From positions 254,075 to 318,074 of the forward strand of contig CDRNVI010000032.1 of assembly GCA_977017575.1 (NCBI GenBank): a stretch of DNA of 64,000 nt, written 5' to 3'. A program made the translations under genes and the position numbers. The notes beneath the pieces were generated by a model that made no database searches, was not told where the DNA came from, and worked only from the letters and a program-made list of their open reading frames with translations. Shown here one piece after another: positions 62,446 through 64,000 of the stretch (its first letter is position 1; each line of letters starts with the position of its first letter). This DNA is from Paramoeba atlantica (Eukaryota > Protista > Discosea).

Positions 62446-62772
62446 TTAGTGGGAGGCCAACTTGGCGACAGCCTTCGTTCCCTCAGCCATTGCGTGCTTT
62501 GCGAGCTCCGCGGGAAGAGTCAGGCGCACTGCGGTTTGTACTTCGCGGGAAGTCAACGTTTTGGTCTTGTTGAAGCGCGTGAGGGAGGCTGCCTCGACGG
62601 CAAGGCGCTCAAAGATGTCTTGCACGAAAGAGTTCACAACTTTGATCCCTTTGCTGCTGAATCCCACGTTTTTGTGGATCTGCTTCAGGGTGCGGTAGAT
62701 GTAGGTGTTGAAGGTCTTCTTGGACTTGCGGTGACCAGAGCTCTTCTTTGCGACTTTAGCTGCTTTCGCCAT
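62446..62772 (-). CDS. H2B: Histone H2B, copy 3
   Basis: Protein identical to copy 1. Confidence 0.97.
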   Translation of the reverse strand: MAKAAKVAKKSSGHRKSKKTFNTYIYRTLKQIHKNVGFSSKGIKVVNSFVQDIFERLAVEAASLTRFNKTKTLTSREVQTAVRLTLPAELAKHAMAEGTKAVAKLASH

Positions 62773-63096
62773 GTGTTATAAAGTAGAGTAGGAGAAAAAG
62801 AAGGATAAGGGCGAAGAATTGAGGTTACGTAATGAACGGTTTAAGTTTTACATGTATTGAGAACCGTGGTAAGTATCACCCACGCGATACTCCACCAGTA
62901 TCCTAGTATGATGTGCGCAATGTCGTTGATTGCATCCGCCGAAACTTCACAAAATGTAGCTCTACTGAGCCAAGGTACATGTCAATACATGCCTAGGATG
63001 GTGCATAAGAAAGGGAAGCACCATGCTAGAAGGATCTCACAAGGGTACCGATTGTGTGACGTGACGCGGGACGTATTATAACGCACTCATTGCACC

Positions 63097-63495
63097 TTAC
63101 ACCTGTTGGCTGCTCGCCTTGCGGGATGCCTTCTTCTTCTTGAGCATGTCGTGAAGGTTGGGAAGTACGCCGCCCTGAGTGAAGGTGACGTTGCTTAGCA
63201 GCTGAGAAAGCTCCTCGTCGTGACGGACGGCGAGTGTGACGGCACGAGGGGTAATACGCTTCTTATGGTGCTGGCCCGAAACCTTACCGGAGAGCTCGAG
63301 AAGCTCGGCAGTGAGGTACTCCAACACAGCGGCGAGGTACACCGGGGCGGCGGAGGCCACACGCTTGGTGTAGCGTCCACGGCGGAGCATGGAGCCGATG
63401 CGGCCCACGGGAAAGATCAGACCCGTCTTCGCGCCACGGCTCTTCTGGCTGCTCTTGATGCTCTTCGCCTTCTTGCTGCTCTTCGGGGTAGCCAT
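63097..63495 (-). CDS. H2A: Histone H2A, copy 3 (two substitutions)
   Basis: KSIKS for KSTKS and KVSGQ for KVAGQ. Confidence 0.96.
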   Translation of the reverse strand: MATPKSSKKAKSIKSSQKSRGAKTGLIFPVGRIGSMLRRGRYTKRVASAAPVYLAAVLEYLTAELLELSGKVSGQHHKKRITPRAVTLAVRHDEELSQLLSNVTFTQGGVLPNLHDMLKKKKASRKASSQQV

Positions 63496-63815
63496 AGTGA
63501 TAGGAATAAGAGAGAAAAGTAATAAGAGTTCTTTCAAAAAATAGTAGTTGTTACGAATGAGTGAATGGACAAATAAGACGTGATGTATTGCTTATGAGCG
63601 CATTATAGTTTTCTTACGAAGAGTTGATTCATAGGTCAATTGTTTTCTCCAAACGGCGGAATGTTTCAAGCGCTAGTATGATACCAGAGAAGCAACTCAA
63701 GACTCATACGAAAGAAATTGCGCACAGAAATGATTCACGGGGACAGAGAGAGAACCCGACGATTACCCTTGTGGAGATTCAGACCCGTTGCATCAACATG
63801 TGTTCAGTGTCATCC

Positions 63816-64000
63816 TTATGCGTATCCGTACAACATGCGTCCACGCTTGCGGAGAGCGTACACGACGTCGAGAGCAGTGACCGTCTGGCGCTTGCTGTGC
63901 TCAGTGTACGTCACGCTGTCACGGACAACGCCCTCCACGAAAGACTTGAGGATCCCACGGACCTCTTCGTACATGATTCCGCTGATGCGCTTGACACCAC
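63816..64000 (-). CDS. H4: Histone H4, copy 3, C-terminal part (5' end beyond the window)
   Basis: The sequence repeats the H4 3' part at the 2773-bp offset. Confidence 0.95.
   Translation of the reverse strand, partial: GVKRISGIMYEEVRGILKSFVEGVVRDSVTYTEHSKRQTVTALDVVYALRKRGRMLYGYA

Larger units (their letters stand above)
3920..64000 (-). other. Unidirectional, apparently intronless gene cluster (kinetoplastid-style polycistronic unit)
   Basis: Every recognisable cellular gene is on the minus strand as a single ORF with short spacers. Several starts are preceded by pyrimidine-rich tracts, for example TTTCTTTTTATCGTACTTTAG before H4. Plus-strand ORFs with recognisable products are transposon-derived only. 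Confidence 0.85.
55833..64000 (-). repeat. Tandem histone gene array with a ~2770-2776 bp unit (H4-H2A-H2B-H3 in transcription order), about three units visible and running off the window
   Basis: Genes and spacers recur at 2770-2776 bp offsets with only scattered SNPs and indels. The left edge falls within the H4 5' flank sequence (AAAAAATCTAAAGTACG). Confidence 0.98.

Noticed and set aside
56047-63522. Plus-strand ORFs repeated within the histone array
   Set aside because: They are antisense shadows of GC-rich histone codons and recur only because the unit is duplicated.
1-64000. tRNA or rRNA genes
   Set aside because: No cloverleaf with A/B boxes and no rRNA-conserved segment was recognised by eye. 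A tRNAscan-SE or Infernal run would be needed to exclude them.

Overview
Eukaryotic nuclear DNA, most likely from a kinetoplastid. This is inferred from kinetoplastid-type H2A/H4 N-termini, an MPK5-like MAP kinase, an editosome KREPB-like protein, a PNT1-like C11 peptidase and PEX14. The compact genes and the dispersed short LRR family suggest an early-branching, Perkinsela-like lineage. About 28 apparently intronless genes plus a histone array all lie on the minus strand from ~3.9 kb to the window end, as expected for one polycistronic cluster. Recognisable genes include SLU7, gamma-tubulin, a TOPBP1-like BRCT protein, AP-4 sigma, a PPR protein, a frameshifted bL20m, CRY-DASH, eIF3i, NOG1, MPK5, proteasome alpha5, p24, PEX14, GlnRS and MSH3. 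The right end holds a tandem array of a ~2.77 kb unit carrying all four core histones. DNA transposons and their debris are present: a hAT remnant, a near-intact Tc1-like element with 108-bp TIRs and a DD32E triad, a deleted relative, TA-flanked MITEs and a pogo/CENP-B-like ORF. The most unusual signal is six ~0.7-1.1 kb GC-rich islands. Each switches from C-rich to G-rich on the + strand, ignores gene boundaries and appears to reshape the encoded proteins. All calls are motif recognition by eye; no searches or computations were run.
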